Source: Amoebophrya sp. A120 (taxonomy: Eukaryota; Protista; Dinoflagellata). Taken from it: a stretch of DNA of 64,000 nt. Positions 12,304-24,600 of the stretch are shown here, piece after piece. The notes under the pieces were generated by a model. That model had not been told where the DNA came from. It did no database searches and saw only the letters and a program-made list of their open reading frames with translations. Each line of letters starts with the position of its first letter. Within the stretch, counting starts at the first letter, position 1. The DNA lies in NCBI GenBank assembly GCA_905178155.1, contig CAJINV010000029.1:106603-170602 (forward strand), read 5' to 3'. Position numbers and translations under genes: made by a program.

Positions 12304-12609
12304 TATCAAGTCGATATTATGCAATGACTCTATGTCTGGGTCTGGAGGATTGCAAGGCTTGGCTGGTGCCATGGGTCTCAGCTCCTTCAAGCAAGAGCTT
12401 CGCCGCTCCTGCTTTGCCATCCATGCGAAAGCACGGCTGTAGGCCTATCATGCGGAAAAAGTTGGTATTTGTCATGCGGAAGAAGGAATACATCACGCCC
12501 GCACTGCAGCGCCTCGCGGGGTCTAGCTCTGTGTGGAATTGTCCACCTGATTTTATATCTACGAACGCGTTTCACAACTTTCCAGACCCAGACTGAGTTC
12601 GTGTGGATA
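12304..12609. mobile_element. Introner family A, decayed
   Basis: tatgtctgggtctgga near left end and ttccagacccagac near right end; exact termini uncertain. Confidence 0.6.
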
Positions 12610-12798
12610 GGTAGTGGACCTGTCCATTCTTTCGAAGGAATGGTATGGGTTGCGGGAGTATAGAAGCCCCGCGATGGCGGAGACACTGCTTGGGCCAGGG
12701 CAAGAGCACCGCACCAGCACGGTTTTTGCGGCCGGAGAAACTTTATCCTAGAAGAAAAAAGCACGCCCATGCGCAAGTAAAGAATGTATTTAGTGTGG

Positions 12799-13190
12799 TC
12801 GGGTTCCAGATGGTGTAAGGTCTGGCCCCGAGTGGTCTGTATGTTTTTGGATGTGCTTCGGGTTCCAGATGATGTAAGGTCTGGCCCCGGGTGTGCCTAC
12901 TGGTTGGATGTGTTTCGGGTTCCAGATGGTGTGAGGTCTGGCCCCGAGTGTTCTGCATTTTTAGGATGTTTTATTTCCGGGCTCCAGATGATGTGAGGTC
13001 TGGCCCCGGGTGTTCTGACTGGATGCGCTTCGGGTTCCAGATGGTGTGAGGTCTGGCCCCGAGTGTTCTGCATTTCTAGGATGTTTTATTTCCGGGTTCC
13101 AGATGATGTGAGGTCTGGCCCCGGGTGTTCTGACTGGATGTGCTTCGGGTTCCAGATCGATGGCGTGAGGTCTGGCCCCGAGTGTTCTGC
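12799..13190. repeat. Minisatellite, 7 units of 54-61 bp with a conserved core and alternating linkers
   Basis: Core cgggttccagatg(g/a)tgt(g/a)aggtctggccccg(a/g)gtg. Confidence 0.92.
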
Positions 13191-13770
13191 ATTCTTCGCG
13201 TATTCGTTCTAATCTATGTACAGAGATATTTGAAGCCCCAGGCCGTCGACGGGTCGGAGACGGCCTAGGGGCGAAAGATTCGCCGCAGCCCCCGCCCCTG
13301 CCTCAGTCGGAGAGGCCTGTGGCGGAGAAACCTGCTAAATATCTGCTAAATTTTGCGGGATTTTTCAAAATCATGCGCAGCGGGGTGCGCCCCGTCTGCA
13401 AGGTTGCAAATGCCGGGCCGCGCCGCCGCGCCGGTTTCGTCTGGCGGGATGTTTGCCCCGCTGGCCGAATCAACTGCCCACGCCGGGCCCTGTTGCCACC
13501 TGGGTAACATTCTGGGGCCGGGGCACAAATTAAAATTTAAAAAATCCGGCCGTTTTCCGGGGTATCGTCTTCCGTCTGGCAGGTCGCCGGCGTCCCTGTC
13601 TCGGGCGCCGGTTCCCGGCGTCGTGGTGTTCGCCTGCTTGTGGGGGAAGTTGGTTTTTCTGTCGGGCGGCCCCGGGCTCGTGTTTTCTCTCCTCTCTTCA
13701 TCTTTGCCTTCGCCCGGGGGGTGGGCTCCTTGTTTTCCGGTCCTTTTCCGGACAACCCTCATGCCGTTGC

Positions 13771-14470
13771 ATTTGTAATGCGGAGAGCCCGACCTTTCAA
13801 AGGTCGGGCTCTCCGCATTACAAATTTTGAAAGGTGCCCATTGCCAACTGAAAAGGTACCTTTTTTCCTTTTCAGTTACCAATGGGGATTTTCGCCACTC
13901 GGTGAGTGGCGAAAGCGCTTTCGCCACTCACCGAGTGGTGAAAATCCCCCTTGGTAACTGAAACACTTTTCAGTTACCAAGGGGGATTTTCGGAAGGTAT
14001 GTTTCTTTGATTTTGTCGAGCGGGAACTGGAACTCGGTGAATGAAATTTCTCACCAAGTTCCAGTTCCCGCTCGACAAAATCAAAGAAGCACTTTTCTGA
14101 TTTTGTCGAGCGGGAACTGGAACTTGGTGAGAAATTTCATTCACCAAGTTCCAGCCCCCGCTCGACAAAATCAAAGAAGCGCTTTTCTTTGATTTTGTGA
14201 TGCGGCTTTTCTCCTGTGGGGAGAAAAGCTGCATCCGCATCCGGCCGGTTTTCCAATTTTGTAAAGAAAAACCGCGCGCAAAACAAGCAGCGTTGCGCGA
14301 AAAACGGGCACAAGCCCTATGAAAAGCGCAGCTTCTACCCCGTCCGGACCGGGAAAAGTTGTAAGCAGGTGGAGCCCCATTTGCTTCCTCATTCTCGTAG
14401 GTCGCTAGTTTCATTCTCGTGGCACTATATGCTCGCTTTGGGGTCAAATTGTATTTTGTCCGTTCATATC
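13771..14470. mobile_element. Family F right-end module: tandem hairpin array ending ttgtattttgtccgttcatatcc
   Basis: Perfect palindrome with 27-bp arms at 13771-13825, then further hairpins; terminal ~280 bp homologous to 28310-28620 and 39650-39888. Confidence 0.85.
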
Positions 14471-14716
14471 CTGCCCCAATTTCTGCCCCGGCAGGATCCG
14501 AGGGGGAGCGCAGGACCTGAACGGGCAGGGTCCGTCCGCGCTTGCATGGTTTTCGGCGGAGGTGCGGGCCCCGGAGTTGGTTCTTGGGGTCGGGGGTGTG
14601 AATGAGGTCGGGGAGATGGTGAATGTTGCGAGCTGGTTGGGGTGCTCTGATTCGTGTCTGCCTGTGTTAGCTACATTGTTTAAGGATGGGGATGGGCGTG
14701 CTTTCCTGCAGAACAA

Positions 14717-17397
14717 ATGTGGAAGGACGTGACGGGCTTCAGGGTCGAATCGTATTATCAAGCGCCACCATTCCTGGGTCTGGAAGAAAGCAGACACCGA
14801 GCACAGCCATGCAGCTTTTCGAATTGTATGGAGGCTAGACGCCTCAGAATGCGCACAGTGCGGAAATGATGAAGCCGCGCACCGTAGTGACAGGCAGCGC
14901 AGCGCAGCCTGTTGCCTTTTGTAGAGTCCACAGTCCAGAAGCATATCTGGGAGCGGCTGCCCCGTGGCTCTTTCTAACCTACCACGACGCAGATTTTTGA
15001 AGTTTCCCCCAAATTGTATTCTTCCAGAACCAGATACATTGGCAACCCATACTCCTTTCGGGTGCCTGTTCACGGTGGCGCCGTCTCGGTGCCAGTGGGA
15101 GCCGAGCACGAAAAAAATCCAGCAGATCAGGAACCGCCCCACCACCGGCTGCCTGGTGTGCCAACTTTTCTTCGACGACGCCACGCAGGAGGTGTGGACG
15201 CGCCTTGCTGCAGAGGTAATCAAAAGCGTTATCATGTGTGAAAACGTTCCCACCCCAAAGTCGAGAAGAAAACTCTCTGCAACACAAAGCGACAAGCTTT
15301 GGTTGTTGCGCATGACAAATTTTATCTCGTAGTGAAATCGTGTTTAGCTGGTTCAACTGCATTTATTATGACAGTGCACAGCTCTCCCTACTCCCCGCCA
15401 TTTGTCATGCAAAATGCCCAGTCCACCCTTTGCCTCTTGGCACTGTTCGCGTGACAAGTTCTGCCGGCCCAAGTAGCACAATACTTCAGTGCAAATTTGC
15501 CATGCAAAACCGGCACTCTTGCTCATGCGTGTATTGGTATTGCCGTAGGGTAATGCCAATGCCACTGCAGGGCGATGTCGCTTTCAGAGGACATCCCAGA
15601 GAAGGAAGTCCTCTGATAGTGTGAAAGGCTACTGCGGTCGCGAGGCCCGCTCGCTTTCAGAGGATACTCCAGAAAAGGGAGGCCTCTGATAGCAGGATCG
15701 AGTCGACAACAAAGCTCCCGGAATGCGCCAAAGGCTAATGCGGTCGCAGGGCCAAATCGCTTTCAGAGGACATCCTAGAGATGAAGGAAGCCCTCCGATA
15801 GTGTGAGAGGCTACTACGGCCGCAAGGCCGCCTCGCTTTCAGAGGATATCCTGGAAAAGAAAGTCCTCTGATAGCAAGAAAGGCGCAAGCGGCTGCCACT
15901 CCAAAAAAAAGCTAGCAAGAAAGGCGCAAGCGGCTGCCACTCCAAAAAAAAGCTCCCTATGCGCGAAAGGGTAAGGCTGCTGCAGGGCGCACTCGCTTTC
16001 AGAGGACATCCCAGCGATGGGGGTCCTCTGATAGTGTGAAAGGCTACTGCGTTCGCGAGGCCCACTCGCTTTCAGAGGACATTCGAAAAAGGAAGTCCTC
16101 TGATAGCGGGGAAGGGCTACTGCGGTCGCAGGGCGGACTCGCTTTCAGAGGATATCTCAGAAAAGGAAGTCGCCTGAATGTGTGAGAGGCTCATGCGGTT
16201 GCGGGGCCAACTCGCTTTCAGGGGACATCCAAAAGAAGAAGATCCTCGGTGCTTTGGCGGGGGGGGTGTGTGTTCAAAAAGCTGCATGAGAGATCTGCAA
16301 ACAGAAGAAGCAAACTGAGTTTGTAATGCGACGGAGGCAGTCTTCATCTTGTGCGGCAGGGGCAGCGCGTTCAGCGTGACAAATTTGGAAAAACGCCCAG
16401 AAAAGGACCAGACAGGAAGAAAGTCTGGCCGTGTCATACCGTCGTCGTGAGTATGCGGCGGTAGGTCCGCGATGTCATATGCACGACAAATCGACTACCT
16501 TATCCTTCCTCTAGCATAACAAGCTTACATATACATAGAGACAGCATTAGAAAAGTGCCCTCAACCTCATGGGGTTGTGCATGGTAAACATTTTTGGCTT
16601 GCAGATTGATTTGCGCGACAGCTCTGGGGTGGAAACGTTTTTGCACAGGGTAGACGTGGGTCCGCCGAAACTTACACTGCCGTTCGTCTATGGTACCGAC
16701 CCGACGGACGTGCGGCGGTCCGTTTTTATCAATGGCGAAGAGGTGGCGCTTACGAATTGCCCGCATCTCAGCTGGTTCTGCGACTGTGTGCGGCTGCTTG
16801 TCAAGCAGCACCTCCCCGAATCCGGTGTCGGACAAGCTACGCCCGTGGAAGCGCCAACGCAAGTATCAAAAGAAAAAAGCTGTTCGTCACGATCACTCAT
16901 GGGCTGAATTTTTGAAATGCAAAAATATCTGTCATGCTGAAAAATGCAGCACATTCACACCCAAACTTCACACCGGAGTACTCTAGTGCTTCCGCGGTAT
17001 TACATATGAAACTTCTGAAAGCTGTGAAGCTAAAAAAAAAAACTCCTATGAATAAACGCAAAGCCTGCGTCTTACTGTTGCGAGTGGCAGCGATTGTGAC
17101 ATCAAGCTTTTTTCTCTCCATAGCAAGAGGTACTTTCCTACTAGTCTTAGCCGTTTTTGCGATACCGCAGTAGCTGTTCTTTTGGAATTTTGTCCATTCA
17201 TGAATAGTAGCGCAGGCGGAGGCGCTTTTGATCCTGATGAAGTAAGTTGTTTCCGCCACTGCTCAAATTGTGCAGAGCTGAAGGCACTACCTGCTCAACG
17301 GTTCTGCGTGCAAGATAGAATAACGAAGCACACAGCTAGAGAAGATGATGCGACTACGCTGACACAGGGGCAGATGAAGACTGAAAAGCATAGCTAG
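14717..17397 (+). CDS. Hypothetical protein upstream of the transposase gene; exons about 14717-14755, 15057-15229, 16658-16863, 17128-?; both ends uncertain
   Basis: Removing elements 14756, 15230 and 16864 (+5 nt each) gives MWKDVTGFRVESYFGCLFTVAPSRCQWEPSTKK...AEVIKSVGPPKLTLPFVYGTDP...EAPTQE in one frame; the 3' part may need GT-AG introns. Confidence 0.5.
14756..15051. mobile_element. Introner family A, decayed
   Basis: tatcaagcgccaccattcctgggtctggaa ... ttccagaaccagatacattggcaacccata; removal restores frame. Confidence 0.7.
15230..16652. mobile_element. Bloated family D introner (1.42 kb) containing a family E fragment (from 15367) and a satellite
   Basis: tatcatgtgtgaaaacgttcccacccc ... 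ggggtggaaacgtttttgcacagggta; DR agcgt/gacgt; removal restores frame. Confidence 0.8.
15575..16250. repeat. 73-bp satellite, 8 cores, most with internal hairpin tcagagga...tcctctga
   Basis: tcgctttcag(a/g)gga cores at about 15578, 15651, 15757, 15833, 15993, 16066, 16139, 16212. Confidence 0.92.
16864..17122. mobile_element. Introner family I
   Basis: tatcaaaagaaaaaagctg ... aagcttttttctctccata; perfect DR gcaag. Confidence 0.85.
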
Positions 17398-17849
17398 AAC
17401 GATCAAAAAGAGAAATACCACCTCCGCGACGCCCGTAGGTTTCCTACTTTCGTATTCTTTTATTTCGCGCCAGGGAGGTGGGGCGCACTGTCGATCTTTT
17501 TCTGCCGTCCCCTACCACATGGAAACGACAATCCCTGTTACCTGCTTGAGCTGCAGTGTTGATTTCGCACTGCAAGAGATAGCTCTGACCAGATCCTTAT
17601 AAGTTTAAGGCTAAGACTATGCTTTCAAAAAAAAAAAGAGCTAGTTCTGACCAAAGATAGCAAGCAAACAATAAACAATGCTCGTCCCCACTACTGGCAC
17701 TAGCGACGGTCGTTCTCGTAACACGACGCAACTTATCTTTTTGACAAGCAAAAGTAAGATCTACCAGCTTCAGCACGAGAGTATTTATCAGTTCGCGCTA
17801 CGGCGACACATAAAGAAATCCCCCGAGCGCAAATACCTACGCAAGTCAG

Positions 17850-18141
17850 TATGAAGATGAAAGATCCCCCGCCCCCATATTGCAAACAAAATCTGTGATG
17901 CTGGATTTGTGTAAGAGTGCAGCATCTAGACTCCTTTGTGTTTCGAATTCGATTTCCGCATTGCAAGCTGCGCTTTTGCATGACAGGCAAGACGCTTATT
18001 TCCTGCTCGCGTATTACAAACTCAGGTGTCATGTGAGATAAGCATGACAAACCTGCAGTCTTCCAGACCCAGACGACATATTTGCAATTCGTAAATCGAT
18101 CTCCGTTGCAATATGGGGAAGGGGGGCTTTTCATCACCATA
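17850..18141. mobile_element. Introner, D-like termini enclosing a family A right half
   Basis: tatgaagatgaaagatcccccgcccccatattgcaa ... ttgcaatatggggaaggggggcttttcatcaccata; DR gtcag/gtcaa. Confidence 0.82.
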
Positions 18142-18189
18142 GTCAAGGGGCGGGAATAGAAGCAAGCGCAAAACAAGGAAGTGAGCGGC

Positions 18190-18532
18190 TATTCATTTCA
18201 AATATGTCTGGGTCTGGAAAAATGCAGTCTTTTGATGCTAAAGAGGTGCGTTGGTTTCGGATTGTGATCCATTTCAAACATTTCTGCTGGCTTCGGATTC
18301 TAAAACATCTGCATTGCATGAGCGGCGCGAAGAGCTTAGTCGTTGCTACGCGGGGAGGGCGTCTCTCATGTGGAACAGGCATCAAGAAGCCCACAAAAAG
18401 ACTGTGACGCTATGTTGGCATACATCACAGACATCAGGCAACATGCAAAATGTGCATGACAAACGTGTTTTCCAAGCAACCAACCAACCAAACACGGCAA
18501 TCTTCCAGACCCAGACGTATTTGCAGTGCATA
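18190..18532. mobile_element. Introner family A
   Basis: tattcatttcaaatatgtctgggtctggaa ... ttccagacccagacgtatttgcagtgcata; DR gcggc/gcagc. Confidence 0.9.
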
Positions 18533-18600
18533 GCAGCTGTCCACGTGCGGACACTAAGAAACGGCTGGGCAATAACACGCGCGAGCACCATTGCGGCGCG

Positions 18601-21600
18601 ATGCAGCCGTTCTTCGACTTCGGGAGGTACGAGCACGAACACCTGACCAAAGCCGGCATTTCGCTTCAGAACGAGAAGTGGAGACCTCTCTCCGTCCCGG
18701 TGAAATGGATGAGCTTGGCGCAGGGATTGCCCCCCAGGACCGGCGACGCGGTTATGGCTACGAACTTCCGTATCCTCAGCAAAAACGTCTCCTCCCCACC
18801 ATAGATACACCAATGTGAGAACTTTGCTACACAAAGAAAGCCAGGAGGTGGAGCTTTGGGACTCACGCACAAAGAGTTTGCATGTAAAGAAAAAACTTCA
18901 TTACTTTGCAGTTTTTGCATGAGAAATTTTTCTGGCATCAGCAAAGCGCTCTCTTGTATTGCACAAGCACGAGGCAATCACGTCCCTTATGGAGTCTGGA
19001 TGTCATGCATTTGGGCATCGAGAGTTGCGTGACCGTGAGGCATTTTTCTGGGTTGGGGTGAAGGGGACATTTTTCCACAGAGTATTCCTGCTCTGCCGGG
19101 GGCCAGGCATTTCGTCGTGTCGGAGCGTATCAAGTGCAAACATTTCTGCGCCGCCGCCTCTCTGCTACTGGATTACCGACATGGAAATCGCGCAAGAGTA
19201 GCACTGGGACGCATTATACAGTCCTGCTTTCCGATTTGTGCATTACTTGTCATGCATGCCCACCCTCCGAACCAACAAAGGTAAACAGACCTACGTCCTC
19301 GGATCGTGCAGGACAGATGTAAGGGAGCCAGCGCGCCTACAGCTCTTGAAGATCCAATGCATCAAGCAGCAGAAATCTATGCTTCGTGTCTTCAACGGCC
19401 CGGAATTGTTTGCACTGCATAGACCGTTCTTAACGTCCCCCGCTGGTGTGATGATAGCGGCGACTATTTGGAATTTTCCGTGGACCCCACGTGGACCCCA
19501 CCAGACCCAAACCCGGGGAATTCATGCAAAGCGCAGACCGACATCAGGATAGCGGTCAACGGGTCAACCAAGAAGACACCCACCTTCTACTACAATCTCG
19601 CCTCGGAGAGAGGGCGAAAGGGCATGAGAACGCACTACTTCTTGCAGTTCTACTTGGGAAATAAACCGATGGGGATCAACGCGAGGTACAACGACGTGAC
19701 GCGAGCGGACGCATGAAGGTGCACAACTCCCCCTCCCCCTCATTTGTAATAGATGAACGGCAACACAAGCAACGACAGAAATTAGGTTTTCCGCATGACA
19801 AACTGGAACATGGACTGTAGTACTATTTCAGGTTCCGAAATGTGTCATGCAGGGAGTGGCTTGGTCTTGGTGCAGCACCTATTTCTAGCACTCGTTTAAC
19901 CATGACGATACTTGTACTCCCTTACCTTGATACCTTATTGCCTTCTTGTAGGCGCATAGAGAGGAGCTTTCAAGTACTTTTATACATCTGTAAGGCTGTC
20001 GCATGGGGGCGACCTGCCCTGAGACCTCCGATGTCATGCAAGCAGTGCTTCAACATCCACGCTCACGCAGGTGGGGGATTTGCATTTGGTATTTTGCATT
20101 ACAAATGAAGGGGACGGGGAATTGTGCACTCTCATAGGGCGCTGCACTGAAGTACAAGGAGACGGGTGCACCGGTCGACACTGTTTACGTTTCGGCCTTA
20201 AAGTGGGACGAGGCGCGCAAAGGGTATGAGATCGACCAGTCTGTCCCGGTGCAGGTGTTTCGCCCGGTACCGGTTCCCGCCTCCGCTTCGAGCAGCTCGT
20301 CCTCATCATCCCGAAACAGTCACCACCAGCTGGGGGCGGGCGCGGAAGGAAACGTGCTCCAGGGCAAGGGCAGCCAGGCACCGGGGTACTTCGCAAATAC
20401 CGGGCAAAATTACCACGCACAGGTAGGCGGCGGGAGCCAGTTCGATATGCACCGGAAAAATTTGCTCGAGTCCGCCCACTATATCTTGTTGAAAAGTAAT
20501 GCTTTTGATTCGATAAACAAATCAAAAGCATGCTTTTCTTCTTGATATCCATCCAGCAACCCCAGCTCCACGTGGTGCATCAAGCCCCGAGTGCAAGCAG
20601 CTTCGTTCCACCTGCTTCGTGTGGTTTCCCCTCGCACCATTATGGCAGCAGTGTTGCAAGCTTTACCGCGCCACCTCTAGGAGCACACATCGTCTACTAT
20701 CAGGGTAGCGGCTTTGGGGCACCGCAACACACAATGAGCGCACCGCCTGGAGGAGTATATGGTGGCGCCGGCTTTGGAGCACCGCAGCACGCAATCAGCG
20801 CACCACCCGGGCATGCTGGTGCCGGCTTTGGGGCACCGCAACACGCAACGAGCGCACCACCTGGACACGGTGGCACCGCTGTGCCAGACGCGCAGCAGAC
20901 GTTAGCGCAAATTGGTCACCCCGGTCCAGTATGCATTGCAAATATGTCGGGATCTCGGAAAGCGGAACGTGTGGCGCTTCTCTTCCAACCTTCTTCCATT
21001 GCGACACACATGGTTAGCAAATGAAGTGGGCTCATTCAATCACTGCTGTCATGCCTGCTGTTCGTGTAGTGTGAATGTCGTCCGCAAGGTGTGACGATGG
21101 AGAAACAATGGATAAAGCCCGCTCCGCGTGACTGTATTTGCCTGGAAGTGATTCTGCAGCCTGCCATAGTTCAGCTGCAGCGTCACAGGTTGAAGCTCTT
21201 CCGAGACCCCGACATATTTGCATCTGATACCCAGCCAACTACGGTCTTCACCCCGCGCCACAGGCAGGCTTCGGACAAACACCTATGACGTTCTCAGTCG
21301 TTACGCTGGTAGCTGTTTTATGATTCCCCATGCATGAGTAGTGCTTACTGCTACCCTCCCCACTAAGACGCTGTGATGAGTGGCAATTTTTTCTGCTTTG
21401 GTTGTTGCATTGGTAGCTGGTGCGTGATTTGTCATGCAGAACTACTGCCACCCTCACCCTCCACACGATGGAGGTACTTTCTTTGACAGAGGGAGTCCAT
21501 GACTCCAGATCTGTAATGCAAGACGCGGGAGCTTAAGCTTGCTTCCCTCTTCTACTTTTGCTATTAGTCTTTGCATCGCAGATTCATGCAACAGCAGTCA

Positions 21601-24600
21601 CTGTAACGTGTGAGAACCCCATAGCCCTGCAAACGTCGTTCGGGCAGCCCGCTCACAGTCCGCCGGTCTGTGGACAAACGCCGCAGGGTTCTTTTTTCCA
21701 CCCGGGCCAGCACATTGCCTCGTCGATGCCGCAGGAGCACTTCGCGTCCCTATCCAAGGAAAAAGGACCATGGCTACCAGCATTGTCTTTATCTTCTATG
21801 CAAAAACGTCGGCCATGTTTACAAATCCAGCACCGAGGCAGTCGAGGTCATTCCGCGACCTCAATTCGAGGGTCTGCAATACGAAAAACAAATGGTGGCA
21901 AGCTTCAGCGCGGCTACTGATTTTTACGTGTTTCGCGTGTAGATTTTTTTGCGTTTTTGCATGCTGACACGCAGCACGCGTGACAAATCCGATTGATTTC
22001 GGCCACTACGCATTTCCTGTTCCACTCCCACAGCTCGGCTATACATGAGAAACGTGCTAGCTACATCTGTACAGTAGTACTGGTAGATAGTACGCCAGTC
22101 CAGACTTGCACCAGTACGCAAGAGCAGGCTTTTCAGGGTGGTGGTCTTTCTTTTCCGTTTGATGGTCTCCTCCATACAGCTTCAGCAGCCCCGATGCCTC
22201 CCAAGGACCGCCTGAAGCGCAGCGGAAACTCGTATCGAGTGTGCTGGGTCCTGGCCGGCAACCGCAGCTCGATGGACTTGGAAGTGGCAGCGAACAGGAC
22301 CACGCACAGCCACCGGCCCCCGCGGACTTGGCGACAGGACGACTTTCGTTTCGCGAGCCGCCGCAGCAGCCCGCAGCTGGAAATGACACCCACATCACTG
22401 TATCAAACTGAAAAGTGCCCCGAAGCCAGAACGCAAATAAATTGCGTGCGCGGTTTGGCTGGCCTTGGTGGTATGCGCCGTCTCTGACCTACTATGAATG
22501 TGGCATACAGGGAGCGGACTTGTATGTGTGACAAACCGGCCCTGGAGCCGCGCTGCCTAGCAATATTCTGATGCAGCAAGTGCGTTTTTTCATGCTACAG
22601 AGCAGGCACTTGGAATAGAAAAAAGCACCTCGAGGGCAGAGTAGGGGCCGAGGGCTACGGGGCTGGTGAGGTCATAAAACTTACGCATTGCAAAAATGTC
22701 TGGGTCTGGAAGAAGCCAAACTTGTCATGCAAATTCTGGACTACGCAAGAATTCGTGTTGCCTGAAAGCCGAAAGCTGTCCACTTTTTGCTATGCAAGTA
22801 GCAAGTTTCTCATGCAGAATAGGCATCAGGAGACCTGAACGAAACTTGTAATGCTTTTGCGCGCATCCGCATTCCAGAGCATCTGCGTGATCCAAAAGAT
22901 GCATGACAAACTTGCAAAACTCCAGACCCAGACATATTTGCATTTGATAAACTATCCGCAAGGCAAAAGGCCCCGCGTAGATGCAAACAAACCTCTTACT
23001 TTGGCTTTCTGGGGACCGGGCACTTTTCAGCTTGATACAGCCAACCTCCGTCTCGCGGAGCCTCGTCGCTGATACCCCAAGCAGGACACACCGAGCAGCA
23101 GGTGGCTGCCATCGGTGCCGTCCCAAATACCAGCCGGAATTTGCCGACCCCGATTGGACCTGCCCAGCCACCGCAAGACAGTTCACTGGGAGCAGCAGCG
23201 AGCTCCAGTCCACAGCCGCGCCTCCACTCTACCGGGAACAGACCGGAGGATACAAAAGACGAGAACATGCTGCCAGTCGTGGACACGGAGATACAGCAGG
23301 AACCACCGCCACGCCCAGAGGATGTGCCGATTGCGGGGGGACAGCAGCAGGCCTCTGCCAATGCACGACTAGGACAAGAAGGCGCGGCCAAAGTTGTTGA
23401 ACCAGCTGCGCTATCGGATGCAAATTTGTCTGGCTCTGGAAGAATGAGTGTAGATTTTTGCCATCCTGCGTTTGCATGACGCAGAAGGTCGTCGGCCATG
23501 AAAGCCCCAGCGCCACAGATTTAGGCTTTGAGAGGGTTCAGCAATACCTAATCCGCATGACAAATCCCCCGCCATTGTGTGACAAGAAGTGAGCATCTTT
23601 TAGTGCCTATGCATGAGATATTTGATGCGTGTTGTGAAATTAATGCGCGTCACAAGGTCGCACTCTTCCACACCGAGACAAATTTGCATTTGATAAACCC
23701 ATGTCTTGTACCGCAGCAGCGAGCAGCTCAGGGTCATGAATGCGTCAGGCAGCTGGACGGCGGGGGAAAGCTACAACCCAGAAGTTACGCCCGGCATGGA
23801 AGCTAGCGCACGTGGCATCACGCAGGCCGCCATTCCGGACCGGGTACCAAAAGCAAACCAGGCGGCGCCTGCTCAGCGTAAAAAACCGGAAAAAGCAGAT
23901 AGTGCTGGACACGTTCTCGACTATGCATTGCAAATGTGACTGGATCTGGAAAGTTGGAAGCTTGAACTTGTGATGTGTGCATAGGTATATTGGGGGCCCC
24001 CACAAAAAAATGAAAAATCAAAATCTGTCTTGCATCACAGCAAAAAAAAACCCGCCCTTGGACATCCTTGGGGAGGATTTCTAATGCAGGGCGTGCGTCG
24101 CACAGTCCTTAAAGAGCCTGTGACGCTGAACCCTGCCTCCCAGACTTCGCAGGGCGTGGAAAACCTGCATGGCAAATTTGTGTTTCTGTAGTCTTCCAGA
24201 CCCGGACACATTTGCACTCGAGATCGCTGAGAGTTTGGCAATTATCGTAGACGAGGGCAGCGTGGTCGTGGATATATTGCCTTCGCGTTGTGGGGCCACG
24301 CAGCGAACGTTGGCGCGGTCGCGTCGTGTCGGGCGCGTGGATGTTTATCAAGTGCAAATATGTCTGGGTCTGGAAGCTTGTGATGCTAAAGACGTGCTCT
24401 GGAAGCTTGTGATGCTAGAGAGTGCAAATGTGTCTAGGTCTTGTCATGCTTAATACGCATGACAAGCTGCGTCTTTGCATGACGAGAAAGAAGTGCTGCC
24501 TTCTTTGGTGGCTATGCAGTGCCGGTTTTTCAGGAGTGCAAGAGAGACACGCAACACCAATTCCGCTTTTCCAGAACCAGACAAGACATGTCTGCGCTTG

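Noticed and set aside
12799-13190. CRISPR-like repeat-spacer pattern
   Set aside because: Linkers are related to each other and alternate A/B; no cas genes; eukaryotic context
14440-14470. Family F end as the left boundary of an autonomous element containing the transposase
   Set aside because: It is a right-end sequence facing away from the gene, and no matching partner was seen downstream of 41242
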